Origin: Candidatus Defluviilinea proxima | GTDB taxonomy: Bacteria; Chloroflexota; Anaerolineae; Anaerolineales; Villigracilaceae | Reading direction: 5' to 3' | Length of the DNA stretch: 64,000 nucleotides | Assembly (NCBI GenBank): GCA_016721115.1 | Contig: JADKIW010000001.1 | Coordinates: 3,506,200-3,570,199 of the forward strand | In this document: positions 18,365 to 26,559 of the stretch, one piece after another | How positions within the stretch are numbered: the first letter of the stretch is position 1 | Layout: every line of letters begins with the position of its first letter | Translations under genes and position numbers: made by a program | Notes under the pieces: generated by a model | Database searches by the model: none | The model's input: only the letters and a program-made list of their open reading frames with translations | What the model was told of the DNA's origin: nothing

Positions 18365-19813
18365 CTATTTCTTGTCAAATCGTCCGCCCCATTTGATGGG
18401 GTCACCAGGGTAGCCGAGAGCTGCCCAATCGAGCCGACTGTTCTCGCCGTGACAGGAGTCGCATTGCAGGGCATTTTCGGCGGGTTGCACCATGTGTGTA
18501 GTTGCCCAGTACATGTAGGTTTCAGTGAAGTCGTAATGACCACTGTATTCAAGGCCTGTGATCGGCGCGGCGATCTCGAAGGCGCTGTTCCAGTCGAAGG
18601 TTGTCCAGAAACCGCCCTTACCCGATGTAACAGGTTGAAGCAGGTAGTTATTTACTGTGTCATAGGGTTGCTTGGCGATGTGTAACTTGAAGGGAAATAT
18701 CTTTGCATTCTTGTCGTTGATGTCGCCAGCAGGTTTGTTGATGTACGTAACAGTATTGGGGTCGATCTTATCGCCAAGGATATAGCGGTATTCGTTGTTG
18801 CCGTTGAACCAAAGATACGTGGGTTTGAAATTCTTTTCGTAAGTAAATTCGCCTTTGATCTTCAGGTAAGTGAAATGATCGTCCTCTCGTCCTTCCTGAC
18901 CTGCTTGTGACCAGTCCCAGGTTGTTTTAGTGGGATCTTGAAGAGCCATGGCAGGGATGTGGCAAGTCTGACATGCAACAGAGTCAAGGTGTGTATTGAT
19001 GCGTTCATCCTCGTGTTTTTGATTCACGTGGCATTGCTGGCACGAAACTTGTTCCTTGGGGTCGATCGTGTAATTGTCGGCGATCATGCGCCCAAGAATT
19101 TGATGGTTCGTTGTGACGTGACAGTCAGTACATTGCATGTTGAAATCGCTACCCATGTGGACATCAAGGCTTTTATCAGGGAAGTAGAGACTCTCGTCGA
19201 GGTCGCCATGTTTGACGCCGTTCCCACCACCGCCATCGAAGTGACATTTTCCGCAGTTTTCACGTGTGGGTGCTCGCACACTCTTTGCGGCGGCAAGCAG
19301 GTCTACGCCATCGGCAGGGTTGCCGAAGAGACCTTTGCCGTATAAGCCAGTGTCGGCGTGGCAGGCGAGACAGTCCACGTTTTCGGGCTTGGATTGTTCT
19401 ACTTCCTTGCCTTCTTCCCATCCGTAGCCAGCATGACAGGACATGCATTTATTTTCATTCCCTTGTGAGCCGATGCAGAAGTTGTTGATCTGATTGATCT
19501 TGCCAATGGTCACGGGCACATCACGCCACGGAACGTTGAATTGTTTCGATTCCCATGTCCAGTGTGTGGTCTTCATCAGATCGGTTGCGGCATTTTCATG
19601 ACATTCGAGACAGGCTCGGGTCACATCCTGTCCTGTTTTGAAATCGCCTTTGACAATGTCGTGATGGTCCACATGGACGAGTTTGGTGGGCAGATAATCT
19701 TCAGGGTTAGTGGAAGGCTTATCGGTACGTGGGAGGAAGTAAACCACAGGGACAAGAATCACTAAAAGGATTCCGAGCAGTCCCAAGGTCCAGAACGGGA
19801 AGCGTTTCTTCAT
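18365..19813 (-). CDS. Membrane-anchored octahaem c-type cytochrome, tetrathionate-reductase (OTR) family-like
   Basis: Eight CXXCH motifs are present: CLECH, CMSCH, CLACH, CGKCH, CTDCH, CQQCH, CQTCH, CDSCH. THWTWES follows haem 1. The last motif is near the C-terminus. An N-terminal TM helix is present. Confidence 0.7.
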   Translation of the reverse strand: MKKRFPFWTLGLLGILLVILVPVVYFLPRTDKPSTNPEDYLPTKLVHVDHHDIVKGDFKTGQDVTRACLECHENAATDLMKTTHWTWESKQFNVPWRDVPVTIGKINQINNFCIGSQGNENKCMSCHAGYGWEEGKEVEQSKPENVDCLACHADTGLYGKGLFGNPADGVDLLAAAKSVRAPTRENCGKCHFDGGGGNGVKHGDLDESLYFPDKSLDVHMGSDFNMQCTDCHVTTNHQILGRMIADNYTIDPKEQVSCQQCHVNQKHEDERINTHLDSVACQTCHIPAMALQDPTKTTWDWSQAGQEGREDDHFTYLKIKGEFTYEKNFKPTYLWFNGNNEYRYILGDKIDPNTVTYINKPAGDINDKNAKIFPFKLHIAKQPYDTVNNYLLQPVTSGKGGFWTTFDWNSAFEIAAPITGLEYSGHYDFTETYMYWATTHMVQPAENALQCDSCHGENSRLDWAALGYPGDPIKWGGRFDKK

Positions 19814-19821
19814 ACATTCTC

Positions 19822-20157
19822 CTATGAAAGTTCATTAACGAGGTTTGCACGTTCGGTCATACGATCACGCATTGCAGATCGAAGAAGGTCCATCGCCTGA
19901 ATAATGCGCGAATCGGCCAGGTGATACGTGATCACTGTTCCTTGTCGTTCGGTGTACACAAGTCCACGTTCGCGTAAAACTTTGAGGTGTCTGGATGTAG
20001 TGGGTTGGGGGATGCCTAATTCGTTCGTAAGCTCTGTTACATTAAGAGAGCGCTCGTTCAATGCATATAAAATAAGAATGCGCGTCGGGTCAGAAAGTGC
20101 CGCGCAAAAATCAGCTTCGAGTTGGATGATTTCCTGTTTAAGGGTCTGATTTACCAT
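19822..20157 (-). CDS. ArsR/SmtB-family transcriptional regulator
   Basis: Contains LSDPTRILILYALNERSLNVTELTNELGIPQPTTSRHLKVLRERGLV. It is the first gene of the cytochrome operon, 8 nt before the next start. Confidence 0.85.
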   Translation of the reverse strand: MVNQTLKQEIIQLEADFCAALSDPTRILILYALNERSLNVTELTNELGIPQPTTSRHLKVLRERGLVYTERQGTVITYHLADSRIIQAMDLLRSAMRDRMTERANLVNELS

Positions 20158-20209
20158 CTTTTTCTCCTAATATACGGATAAACGAATATACGCTTGTTTG
20201 CATAATACT

Positions 20210-20269
20210 CCTGTGACATTTTTCACAATAGTGAAGGTTGTCACTATAAAGCTGGCATAATGTCACAGG
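20210..20269. promoter_or_regulatory. Candidate operator(s) in the arsR / xre-cupin divergent region
   Basis: 10-bp inverted repeat CCTGTGACAT (20210-20219) / ATGTCACAGG (20260-20269). It encloses the palindrome TTCACAATAGTGAA (20222-20235). A possible TTCACA-N17-TATAAA promoter for the plus-strand gene is also present. Confidence 0.35.
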
Positions 20270-20309
20270 CGGCATAAGGATGTGTGAGACTTTGGTAAGA
20301 TGATGAAGT

Positions 20310-20945
20310 ATGACTCTCTATCAACATGATGCACTTTCGGTAAACGTGGGTGAGCGAGTACGAGAACTTCGTACAGCCCGTAATATGACTTTGCAAGTAC
20401 TTGCTACGAAAAGCGGGCTTTCCGTTCATACCTTGTCCATGATCGAGTTGGGGAAGACCTCACCATCTGTCAGTGCCTTATATAAAATTGCTGATGTGTT
20501 GAGTGTTTCCATCACGACATTTTTCAGTACCGATACAGATCAAAAACAAGTCATCTTTCTCAAATCGGATGAACGGACTCGTATGCCGTTTCCTCGTGGT
20601 TTGATAGAAGGTTTGGGCGGTGAAAAATTTTCAGGCAAGGTTGAGCCTTTTCTGCTCACACTTGAAAACAGCGCCAATAGTGGCTCAAAAATGATCTCGC
20701 ATATGGGACATGAATTTGTTTTTTGTTTGCGTGGTCAAATCGAATATCAAGTGGAGCATCACATCTACGAACTGGCCCCAGGTGATAGCCTCCTGTTTGC
20801 GGCTACCCTCAAACACCGTTGGAAGAATTCAGGCAAGCGCGTGGCTACTGCTTTGATCGTCGTTTCATGTTTTGGTGATACTAACGAGCTACAACATTTG
20901 CACCATGGGGATACTGGACAGGAATCAAAAAGAGCGTCTCAATAG
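20310..20945 (+). CDS. XRE-family HTH regulator with a C-terminal cupin domain
   Basis: N-terminal HTH (VGERVRELRTARNMTLQVLATKSGLSVHTLSMIELGK). A cupin beta-barrel motif lies in the C-terminal half. Confidence 0.8.
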   Translation: MTLYQHDALSVNVGERVRELRTARNMTLQVLATKSGLSVHTLSMIELGKTSPSVSALYKIADVLSVSITTFFSTDTDQKQVIFLKSDERTRMPFPRGLIEGLGGEKFSGKVEPFLLTLENSANSGSKMISHMGHEFVFCLRGQIEYQVEHHIYELAPGDSLLFAATLKHRWKNSGKRVATALIVVSCFGDTNELQHLHHGDTGQESKRASQ

Positions 20946-21024
20946 AGACGCTCTTCGCTTCTTAATCTGGACTTGAAGTTGCTTCGCTTCAAATATCCTT
21001 ATTTACACTGAAACTTTTCTCCAC

Positions 21025-22197
21025 TTATCCTGTGATAATGCGTTCGCTTTCATATAACTTGACGGCGATATAAGTAATTACCACTGTCAGCAGAATAGTC
21101 GCCACAGTGGAGATAACAATGTTCATTCCTGTGATCGGTTCGGAGCGTAAAAACTGATTGATCAGAATCTGTTGCCCAAATGTAGGGATAAGCATTGTCC
21201 ACAGATCTGGTTTGACCGGCAGGAACGCCAGCGCCAGGCCAGGCAAGGATGGGATCAAACCGACGAAGGGCAGATACGTTCCCGCTTCCTTTGCAGTTTT
21301 GGTGAACGAAGCGATCAACGTTTGGATCGCACACGCTAGAAACACGATCGGGATACAGATCAGGAATACAGCCATCAACGTGCTCATATCAAAGCCGATC
21401 TGGACCCCGATCAATTCCTCGATAGGTAGCAGACGGAAGATTGCGGCAAACCCAGCCAGTGTAATTATTAAGTTGATCGTTGCAAACGGCGTTGCCGCAA
21501 GCATTTTGCCAATGGCAACCCATCCGCGGCGTAGGGGATTGATCAACAAAGGTTCCAGAGATCCGCGTTCCCGTTCGCCAGCTGTTGCATCGGTAATGAC
21601 GGGTGATGCGCCGTTGAAGATCGCAAAGATGATGAAGTATGGCAACATCGAAATGAAGATCAATGCCTGGCTTTGGGGTGTGGCGGTGTCTATCTCTTCG
21701 ATCTGTAGGACCTGTGTCACTTCTGGGCTGACGCCGCGCAAGCTCAAGCGTAACAGACCGATATATTCGCTGTAGCCATTAAGCAGGCTCTGTGTACGGT
21801 TGATATCTGCTGAAGCAGATTGACGTGTGCTATCGAAGACCAGACGTAGGGTTGCAGATTCTCCTGATGTGAATTCCTCGCCATAATCCTCAGGGATGAT
21901 CAGGGCCACGTTGATATCACCTGCTATGACGGCCGCCTCAGGGTCTACAGGGGCGGTTTTGATGATGACATCCTGCTGTTCAAGGTAGGCGATCAGGTTG
22001 GGGGCATTCTCTGCACCTGAAACTGGCAAGACCAGAGATTGCTCAACTCTATCTCGAAATGTATTGCCGAGTAACATGATCATCCCACCGAGAAGAAGAG
22101 GACCAAAGAGGGCCCAGAACAAGCCTGTCATCCAACTGCGGTAATCACGCAGATTGTCGAGCAGTTCTTTTTGAAAGATGATAAAAATCTTTTTCAT
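21025..22197 (-). CDS. ABC-2 type transporter permease (NatB-like)
   Basis: 390 aa with one N-terminal TM helix, a large extracytoplasmic loop and 5 C-terminal TM helices. It abuts the ATPase gene. Confidence 0.7.
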   Translation of the reverse strand: MKKIFIIFQKELLDNLRDYRSWMTGLFWALFGPLLLGGMIMLLGNTFRDRVEQSLVLPVSGAENAPNLIAYLEQQDVIIKTAPVDPEAAVIAGDINVALIIPEDYGEEFTSGESATLRLVFDSTRQSASADINRTQSLLNGYSEYIGLLRLSLRGVSPEVTQVLQIEEIDTATPQSQALIFISMLPYFIIFAIFNGASPVITDATAGERERGSLEPLLINPLRRGWVAIGKMLAATPFATINLIITLAGFAAIFRLLPIEELIGVQIGFDMSTLMAVFLICIPIVFLACAIQTLIASFTKTAKEAGTYLPFVGLIPSLPGLALAFLPVKPDLWTMLIPTFGQQILINQFLRSEPITGMNIVISTVATILLTVVITYIAVKLYESERIITG

Positions 22198-22928
22198 TAT
22201 TCCAGCCCTTCCTCTGAGCCAATAGCGGCAACGAATGCATCTTCGAGATTTTTCTGCCCTGTTTTTCTTTGTAATTCATCAGGGCTTCCGTCAACGGTTA
22301 CTTCGCCATGGGAAATGATCACGATTTGGTCACATAATGCCGCGACCTCCTGCATGATATGGCTGGTGAACAACACACACTTACCCTCTTCGCGAAGCCT
22401 TTGGATAAACAGACGCATGGCGCGTGTACTCATCACATCCAACCCGTTCGTGGGTTCATCGAGAAGGACGTTCTTTGGGTTGTGTACCAATGTACGGGCG
22501 ATGGCGACCTTGAGTTTCTCGCCTGTGGAGAAGCCTTCCGTCTTGCGATCAGCGATGGATTGCATATCGAGCAGAAGTAACAGGGACTCGATCTGTTTTT
22601 CGAGAGCTTCACCTTCCAGGCCATGCAGTCGCCCGTAGTAGCGGATGTTTTCACGGCTTGTTAGTCTTGCGTACAGTCCGCGTGCGTCTGCGAGAACACC
22701 GATCCTTTTCTGGACATCAATTGGGGATTGTCTCACATCAAAGCCATCGATCTGTGCCGTTCCATGATCGGGTTTGAGCAGGGTATAGAGCATACGCAGT
22801 GTTGTACTTTTGCCGGCGCCATTAGGCCCTAATAAGCCTGTGATCTGCCCATCTGCGGCGGAGAAGGATACATTTTTGACGGCTTGTACTTTGCCAAAAG
22901 ATTTGGATAGATTTTGTACTTGGATCAT
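22197..22928 (-). CDS. ABC transporter ATP-binding protein
   Basis: The start was trimmed to MIQVQNLSKSFG. Walker A is GPNGAGKST, the signature motif is FSTGEK, and Walker B is LLDEP. Confidence 0.85.
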   Translation of the reverse strand: MIQVQNLSKSFGKVQAVKNVSFSAADGQITGLLGPNGAGKSTTLRMLYTLLKPDHGTAQIDGFDVRQSPIDVQKRIGVLADARGLYARLTSRENIRYYGRLHGLEGEALEKQIESLLLLLDMQSIADRKTEGFSTGEKLKVAIARTLVHNPKNVLLDEPTNGLDVMSTRAMRLFIQRLREEGKCVLFTSHIMQEVAALCDQIVIISHGEVTVDGSPDELQRKTGQKNLEDAFVAAIGSEEGLE

Positions 22929-22947
22929 ACTATTGACCTTTGTGTGA

Positions 22948-24399
22948 TTATGGACGAGGTCCGCTGAAGTCGACGAAGAACGGCCACGGCTTGACCTCTT
23001 CCACACAGGACGTGTCCAACCCTTCGACGGAAGCATTCTCGATGAAGGATTCGAAGATATCGATACTGCATTTGTTGGATAGATTTCCATGCCCCATGCC
23101 TGAAAAGACAAGATGAACATCATTTGTTAAATGTTCTGTCACTTTTTCGGCGTGCCAGGGCGGGGTGATGGGATCGGAATCGCCAGAAAGAATTAAAGCT
23201 GGAACGTTAGAGTTGACTGGCTCTCGAAATTGTGGCGAGACAGTCCCTTTTTGCCACGCACTACAAACATCGGAAAAGTCTACTGTTCGGTCACCGAAGA
23301 CGGTTCCTTCACTGAGTTGGGCGGCTTCCTCAGCTGAGATCAATGGTGCATCCTCCGTGCAAGCTACGGCGTAGAACATTCCATCGTACAAACCTGCATT
23401 CACGAGAAATGCCTGCGAGATGAGAGGGACATAATTCTCGTTCGCATACGCCTCATGAATCGATAGTGGCAGTGTTGCCACGATCTCTGGCGCATACATT
23501 GTGTTGAACACCATATTCGTGACCATTTTTTGTGTCACGGTCAGGTCAAGAGGCTTGTGTGTCAGCGGATGTGGAATGGTGATCTCTACCGGCTTCTCTT
23601 CTACACGTTTCAATAGATCATTAAACTCATCTTTTATATTTGGGAATGTCGTTTTACAGGCATCGTCGGCTTCACAACGTGCAAAGAACTTGTCGAGCGC
23701 AGATTGCCCATCTCTTGCCGCGTCCATGAATAGGATGAAGCTGGGGTCAACGACCGCATCGAGTGTCACTGTGCGGACGCGTTCCGGGAACATACGTAGA
23801 TATGTCAATGCCGCGCGGGTTCCGTACGATGCGCCGTAAATATTTATCTTGTCATACCCAAGAGCAGAACGGACATCATCCAGATCGGTCATGGCGATCT
23901 CTGTGTTGTAGAAACGCAGATCGGCGTCCAAGTTAGTGGGGCAAGCCTTGAGTTTTGCAAGCATTTCTTCATCTTCCAGATCATCATCTTCTGGGGTGAG
24001 ACAGCGTAATGGATTTGATTTGCCTGTCCCTCGTTGGTCAACGATCACAATGTCGCGGCCTTCATGTATGTTGAACAGTAGCCCGATGAGTGCTGGATAG
24101 GTTTCAATGGCGGATTGTCCAGGGCCGCCGGCTAATAGAAAAAGCGGATCAGGTTGGGGATTCCGTTTGATGGCAGGGATGACTGCCACCTCTAAACCGA
24201 TCTGACGACCGGATGGACTGGAACGATCCTCAGGAACGGTTAGTGTGCCGCACTGGGCATCTACTTGTTTGCCAGTGGATGTTGTCAGTGCACAATCTTC
24301 CAGCTTGAGAGATTTCTCAGGAACTGGAGTCAGGCTCTGGGGTGAGCATGAAGCGAGGAAGGTCAGGAGTAGTAGGGATGTAATGAAGATTCGTCTCAT
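22948..24399 (-). CDS. Secreted lipoprotein alpha/beta hydrolase (tripeptidyl-aminopeptidase-like)
   Basis: The start was trimmed to MRRIFITSLLLLTFLASC (lipobox). GASYG is the nucleophile elbow. The C-terminus has the TAP-like region. Confidence 0.7.
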   Translation of the reverse strand: MRRIFITSLLLLTFLASCSPQSLTPVPEKSLKLEDCALTTSTGKQVDAQCGTLTVPEDRSSPSGRQIGLEVAVIPAIKRNPQPDPLFLLAGGPGQSAIETYPALIGLLFNIHEGRDIVIVDQRGTGKSNPLRCLTPEDDDLEDEEMLAKLKACPTNLDADLRFYNTEIAMTDLDDVRSALGYDKINIYGASYGTRAALTYLRMFPERVRTVTLDAVVDPSFILFMDAARDGQSALDKFFARCEADDACKTTFPNIKDEFNDLLKRVEEKPVEITIPHPLTHKPLDLTVTQKMVTNMVFNTMYAPEIVATLPLSIHEAYANENYVPLISQAFLVNAGLYDGMFYAVACTEDAPLISAEEAAQLSEGTVFGDRTVDFSDVCSAWQKGTVSPQFREPVNSNVPALILSGDSDPITPPWHAEKVTEHLTNDVHLVFSGMGHGNLSNKCSIDIFESFIENASVEGLDTSCVEEVKPWPFFVDFSGPRP

Positions 24400-24521
24400 A
24401 GTGTTTGTCTCACAATCAGTATATTCGAGTCCTGATTGTAATAGGGTATACGTAGAAAACAAAAAACTGGATCACCTTATTGCAAAGGTAATCCAGTTGT
24501 AGTGGACAAAGTTCGTTATAT

Positions 24522-24869
24522 TTAAGTGTACATGCCCCAATCCAAGGCGGACGGGTCTTCCATCATGGCGAAGTCCCACACATCCATGCCCATTTCGATT
24601 GTGACAGGCATGTTCAACCCTTCGGTTGCTTTGGCTTTCGTCATTTCGATCATGGCGGGTCCGTATGGGCAGAAGGGGGTAGTGAGGATCATCTTTAAGT
24701 GGGCAATGCCGTTGTCGATGGAAATATCTCTTACCAATCCCAATTGGATGATGTGCATGCCGATTTCGGGGTCGACTACTTCGGAGAGTTTCTCGCGTGC
24801 AGGTTTTACCATTTCGGGGTGTGTGTCGTGGATGGTCCACTTGATTTCGTTGATTGTTTCTTCAGTCAT
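24522..24869 (-). CDS. DUF59/SufT-like Fe-S assembly protein
   Basis: 115 aa containing EVVDPEIGMHIIQLGLV...TTPFCPYG. Confidence 0.75.
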   Translation of the reverse strand: MTEETINEIKWTIHDTHPEMVKPAREKLSEVVDPEIGMHIIQLGLVRDISIDNGIAHLKMILTTPFCPYGPAMIEMTKAKATEGLNMPVTIEMGMDVWDFAMMEDPSALDWGMYT

Positions 24870-24916
24870 GGTTCCTCGTTTGGAATTTTGGAGTTAGGAG
24901 CTTGCTCCTGTAATTC

Positions 24917-24930
24917 GCCAATATATTGGC
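24917..24930. promoter_or_regulatory. Perfect 14-bp palindrome GCCAATATATTGGC upstream of the DUF59 gene
   Basis: Read directly from the sequence. It is nested within further inverted repeats: AATTTTGG 24884-24891 / CCAAAATT 24936-24943, and AGGAGCTTGCTCCT 24896-24909. Confidence 0.35.
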
Positions 24931-24942
24931 TGATTCCAAAAT

Positions 24943-25566
24943 TTAGTTTTTTATTGCAACAGCCTGCACTACATAGGTACAGTGTGCGGCGCCGCTTAAT
25001 ATACATTGGACTTTGCTGACGGGCAGGGCCAGCATTTTAGAGATCAGGGTTTGATCAACCGTGCAGACTTCAGGATGTGTCACACCGATCTGGTAGTAGG
25101 GGCAGGAAATCTCATGGATCTGATAGTCGTTGCCCTTCTTTTCCCATTCTACGGTGAAGCCTTCGTGTGCCAGCATGGCTTTGACAAAATCCAGCCGCTC
25201 TTCCATGCTGAGGCCTTTCATTTGTTCAGAGTAATCGTTTGCCATTTCTTCGGCGACCTGGCTGAACAATTTTGCCACAGCCGGCGCAGGTAAGGAGTCT
25301 TTCATTTGCGCCAATAGACGAGTGGTCAGGCGCAGATATTTCGTGGGAAATTTCTCCATTCCGTCTTCGGTTAACGAATAGACGAGGCGAGGGCGTCCTA
25401 CGCCGTGACGTTCCTCTTCCGCTCCAATCAGGCCTTCCTTTTCGAGGTTGGATAAATGATGTCGGACGGAAATTGGATTGATCCCAACGCCTTCTGCGAT
25501 CTCGTTGATCGTGATCTTTGGCTTGCGAAGCAGGGTTTGAAGAATCTTATCTTTCGTGCTTTTCAT
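24943..25566 (-). CDS. SufR-like transcriptional regulator (winged HTH plus C-terminal four-Cys region)
   Basis: Divergent from sufC. HTH is INEIAEGVGINPISVRHHLSNLEKEGLI. C-terminal Cys residues lie in ISCPYY..EVCTV..VQCILSGAAHCTY. The ATG at 25566 is preferred over the TTG at 25602. Confidence 0.6.
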   Translation of the reverse strand: MKSTKDKILQTLLRKPKITINEIAEGVGINPISVRHHLSNLEKEGLIGAEEERHGVGRPRLVYSLTEDGMEKFPTKYLRLTTRLLAQMKDSLPAPAVAKLFSQVAEEMANDYSEQMKGLSMEERLDFVKAMLAHEGFTVEWEKKGNDYQIHEISCPYYQIGVTHPEVCTVDQTLISKMLALPVSKVQCILSGAAHCTYVVQAVAIKN

Positions 25567-25597
25567 GATTGGGAGTATACCTGTCTGCTTTAGTATT

Positions 25598-25655
25598 GTC
25601 AATATACTAGAAAAATATCATAAATATTGACTTTTCGATATGACCCTGCTATAAT
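25598..25655 (+). promoter_or_regulatory. suf operon sigma70-type promoter overlapped by an inverted repeat
   Basis: TTGACT (25627-25632), a 17-nt spacer, then TATAAT (25650-25655). Inverted repeat GTCAATAT (25598-25605) / ATATTGAC (25624-25631) overlaps the -35 element. Confidence 0.65.
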
Positions 25656-25711
25656 GCCGCACGATGATAAAAACGCCAGTAATGGCTTAATAATGTTAGG
25701 AGCAAATACGA

Positions 25712-26488
25712 ATGTCGCAACTTGAAATCAAGAACCTGCATGTAAACATTGAGGGAAAAGAGATTCTCAAAGGTCTCGATCTCACAATTGAACAGGGCAA
25801 AGTCCACGCTATTATGGGGCCCAATGGAACTGGTAAATCCACTTTGGCTTATACGTTGATGGGACACCCATCTTATACAGTGACCGAAGGTGAAGTTATA
25901 TTTAAAGGACAAAACGTCCTCGAGCTTGAGCCTGACGAACGTTCCCGACTTGGGATCTTTTTAGCATTCCAATATCCTGTCGCTATTCCGGGTGTGACGG
26001 TTGCCAACTTCTTGCGTACCGCGCTCAATGCCCGTCGACGTGCTGAAAACCCTGAAGACAAGGGTATGCCAATCCCTGAATTTCGCAAGTTATTAAAAGA
26101 GAAGATGGCGATGCTCAAAATGGACCAGACCTTTGCGGGACGTTACCTCAACGATGGTTTCTCTGGTGGTGAAAAGAAACGTGCTGAAATTTTGCAAATG
26201 GCAACTCTTCAGCCACAGATCGCTATTTTAGACGAAACCGATTCAGGCTTGGACATTGATGCGCTTCGCATCGTTTCTGAGGGTGTCAATGCTTTAATGA
26301 GCAAGGATATGGGTGTGCTGGTCATCACGCACTATCAACGTTTGTTGAACTATATCAAGGCTGATTACGTTCATATTATGTACGGTGGCAGAATCGTTGA
26401 ATCGGGTGGACCTGACCTAGCGTTGCACCTTGAAGAAAAAGGTTACGACTGGGTTCGCGAGAAGTACGACGAGGAAGTCACAGCGTAG
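25712..26488 (+). CDS. sufC: Fe-S cluster assembly ATPase SufC
   Basis: Contains [24 protein letters not shown]...[10 protein letters not shown] and the [12 protein letters not shown] signature. Confidence 0.95.
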   Translation: MSQLEIKNLHVNIEGKEILKGLDLTIEQGKVHAIMGPNGTGKSTLAYTLMGHPSYTVTEGEVIFKGQNVLELEPDERSRLGIFLAFQYPVAIPGVTVANFLRTALNARRRAENPEDKGMPIPEFRKLLKEKMAMLKMDQTFAGRYLNDGFSGGEKKRAEILQMATLQPQIAILDETDSGLDIDALRIVSEGVNALMSKDMGVLVITHYQRLLNYIKADYVHIMYGGRIVESGGPDLALHLEEKGYDWVREKYDEEVTA

Positions 26489-26559
26489 GTTCGTTTTATT
26501 AAACGGTAGCAGGTGACGGCTTGGAAAGAAGCGGTTCGTCATCCAAAAAGGTAAATGAT

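Noticed and set aside
18355-18552. 66-codon N-terminal extension of the heptahaem ORF
   Set aside because: It overlaps the end of the octahaem gene. The internal Met gives a normal signal or anchor sequence (MNISKRNLLIVIGLLIV).
22929-23123. N-terminal extension of the ABC ATPase ORF, and the similar extension of the ThDP enzyme ORF (61363-61476)
   Set aside because: Both overlap the preceding genes. The canonical N-termini (MIQVQNLSKSFG and MRVSEYIANRL) start at internal Mets with tight or overlapping junctions.
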